Source: Octopus bimaculoides
Lineage: Eukaryota
DNA: 64,000 nt
Assembly (NCBI RefSeq): GCF_001194135.2
Contig: NC_068989.1
Coordinates: forward strand, 57,047,665 to 57,111,664
Direction of reading: 5' to 3'
The notes beneath the pieces are model-generated. The model was given only the letters and a program-made list of their open reading frames with translations, did no database searches and had not been told where the DNA came from. Below are positions 63,878 to 64,000 of this stretch, in pieces. Positions within the stretch are counted from its first letter, which is position 1. Each line of letters starts with the position of its first letter. The position numbers and the translations under genes were made by a program.

Positions 63878-64000
63878 ATGTGCGGATTTTTATGTTTTGC
63901 ATTATGTATGCATTCTCATGCATATAATTGCATATCTAGATATGCTCATATATGCATAAATGATAAACTTCTGGAAAGTTTTACAGATTTTTACAGTTCC
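63878..64000 (-). mobile_element. 3' end of another RLE LINE copy (continues beyond the window)
   Basis: Minus translation GTVKICKTFQKFII matches the C-termini at 7295 and 16698. The UTR aligns to the 16560-16697 UTR and runs into (TACA)n. Confidence 0.75.

Larger units (their letters stand above)
1..64000. repeat. Dense microsatellites: (CA)n, (TA)n, (GA)n, (TACA)n, (GATA)n, (GGAT)n, (AAT)n, (GAT/CAT)n, (GAA)n
   Basis: Examples: (CA)n 424-479, (GGAT)n ~16372-16430, (TC)n 33720-33806, (GA)n 37142-37220, (GAA)n 30938-30989, (CAT/CGT)n 55978-56120, (AAT)n 57766-57816. Most N-gaps are flanked by such tracts. Confidence 0.98.

Noticed and set aside
1-64000. Most ORFs in the supplied track (poly-CV, HT, YI, SL, ER, N, D, and X-filled ORFs)
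   Set aside because: They are translations of microsatellites or N-gaps, with no coding signal.

Overview
AT-rich, repeat-dominated animal genomic DNA from a gapped short-read assembly (17 N-runs). The SINE, LINE and microsatellite inventory suggests an octopus; this is inferred from repeat content, not proven. No complete protein-coding gene, rRNA, tRNA gene or CRISPR array can be supported, and most ORFs in the track are microsatellite or N-run artefacts. Decayed mobile elements make up the recognisable content: tRNA-derived SINEs of at least three families (several with 11-17 bp TSDs), RLE-type LINEs sitting in (TACA)n and (TAA)n tracts, a fossil CR1/L2-type ORF2, RTE 3' ends, Tc1/mariner and hAT remnants and MITEs, Helitron pieces and Penelope-like (PLE) fragments. 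The most notable structure is a ~176 bp palindrome at 63447-63622. It encodes two back-to-back minimal type I hammerhead ribozymes, one per strand; the minus-strand copy has a fully canonical core. A second, variant hammerhead family occurs in the PLE fragments at ~9.1 and ~51.9 kb. Assembly artefacts include an Illumina adapter remnant (35171-35187) and sequence duplicated across gaps. A few splice-site-bounded exon candidates (best: 52298-52355) hint at a large intron-rich gene but are unproven. Boundaries of degenerate repeats are approximate and were read by eye.
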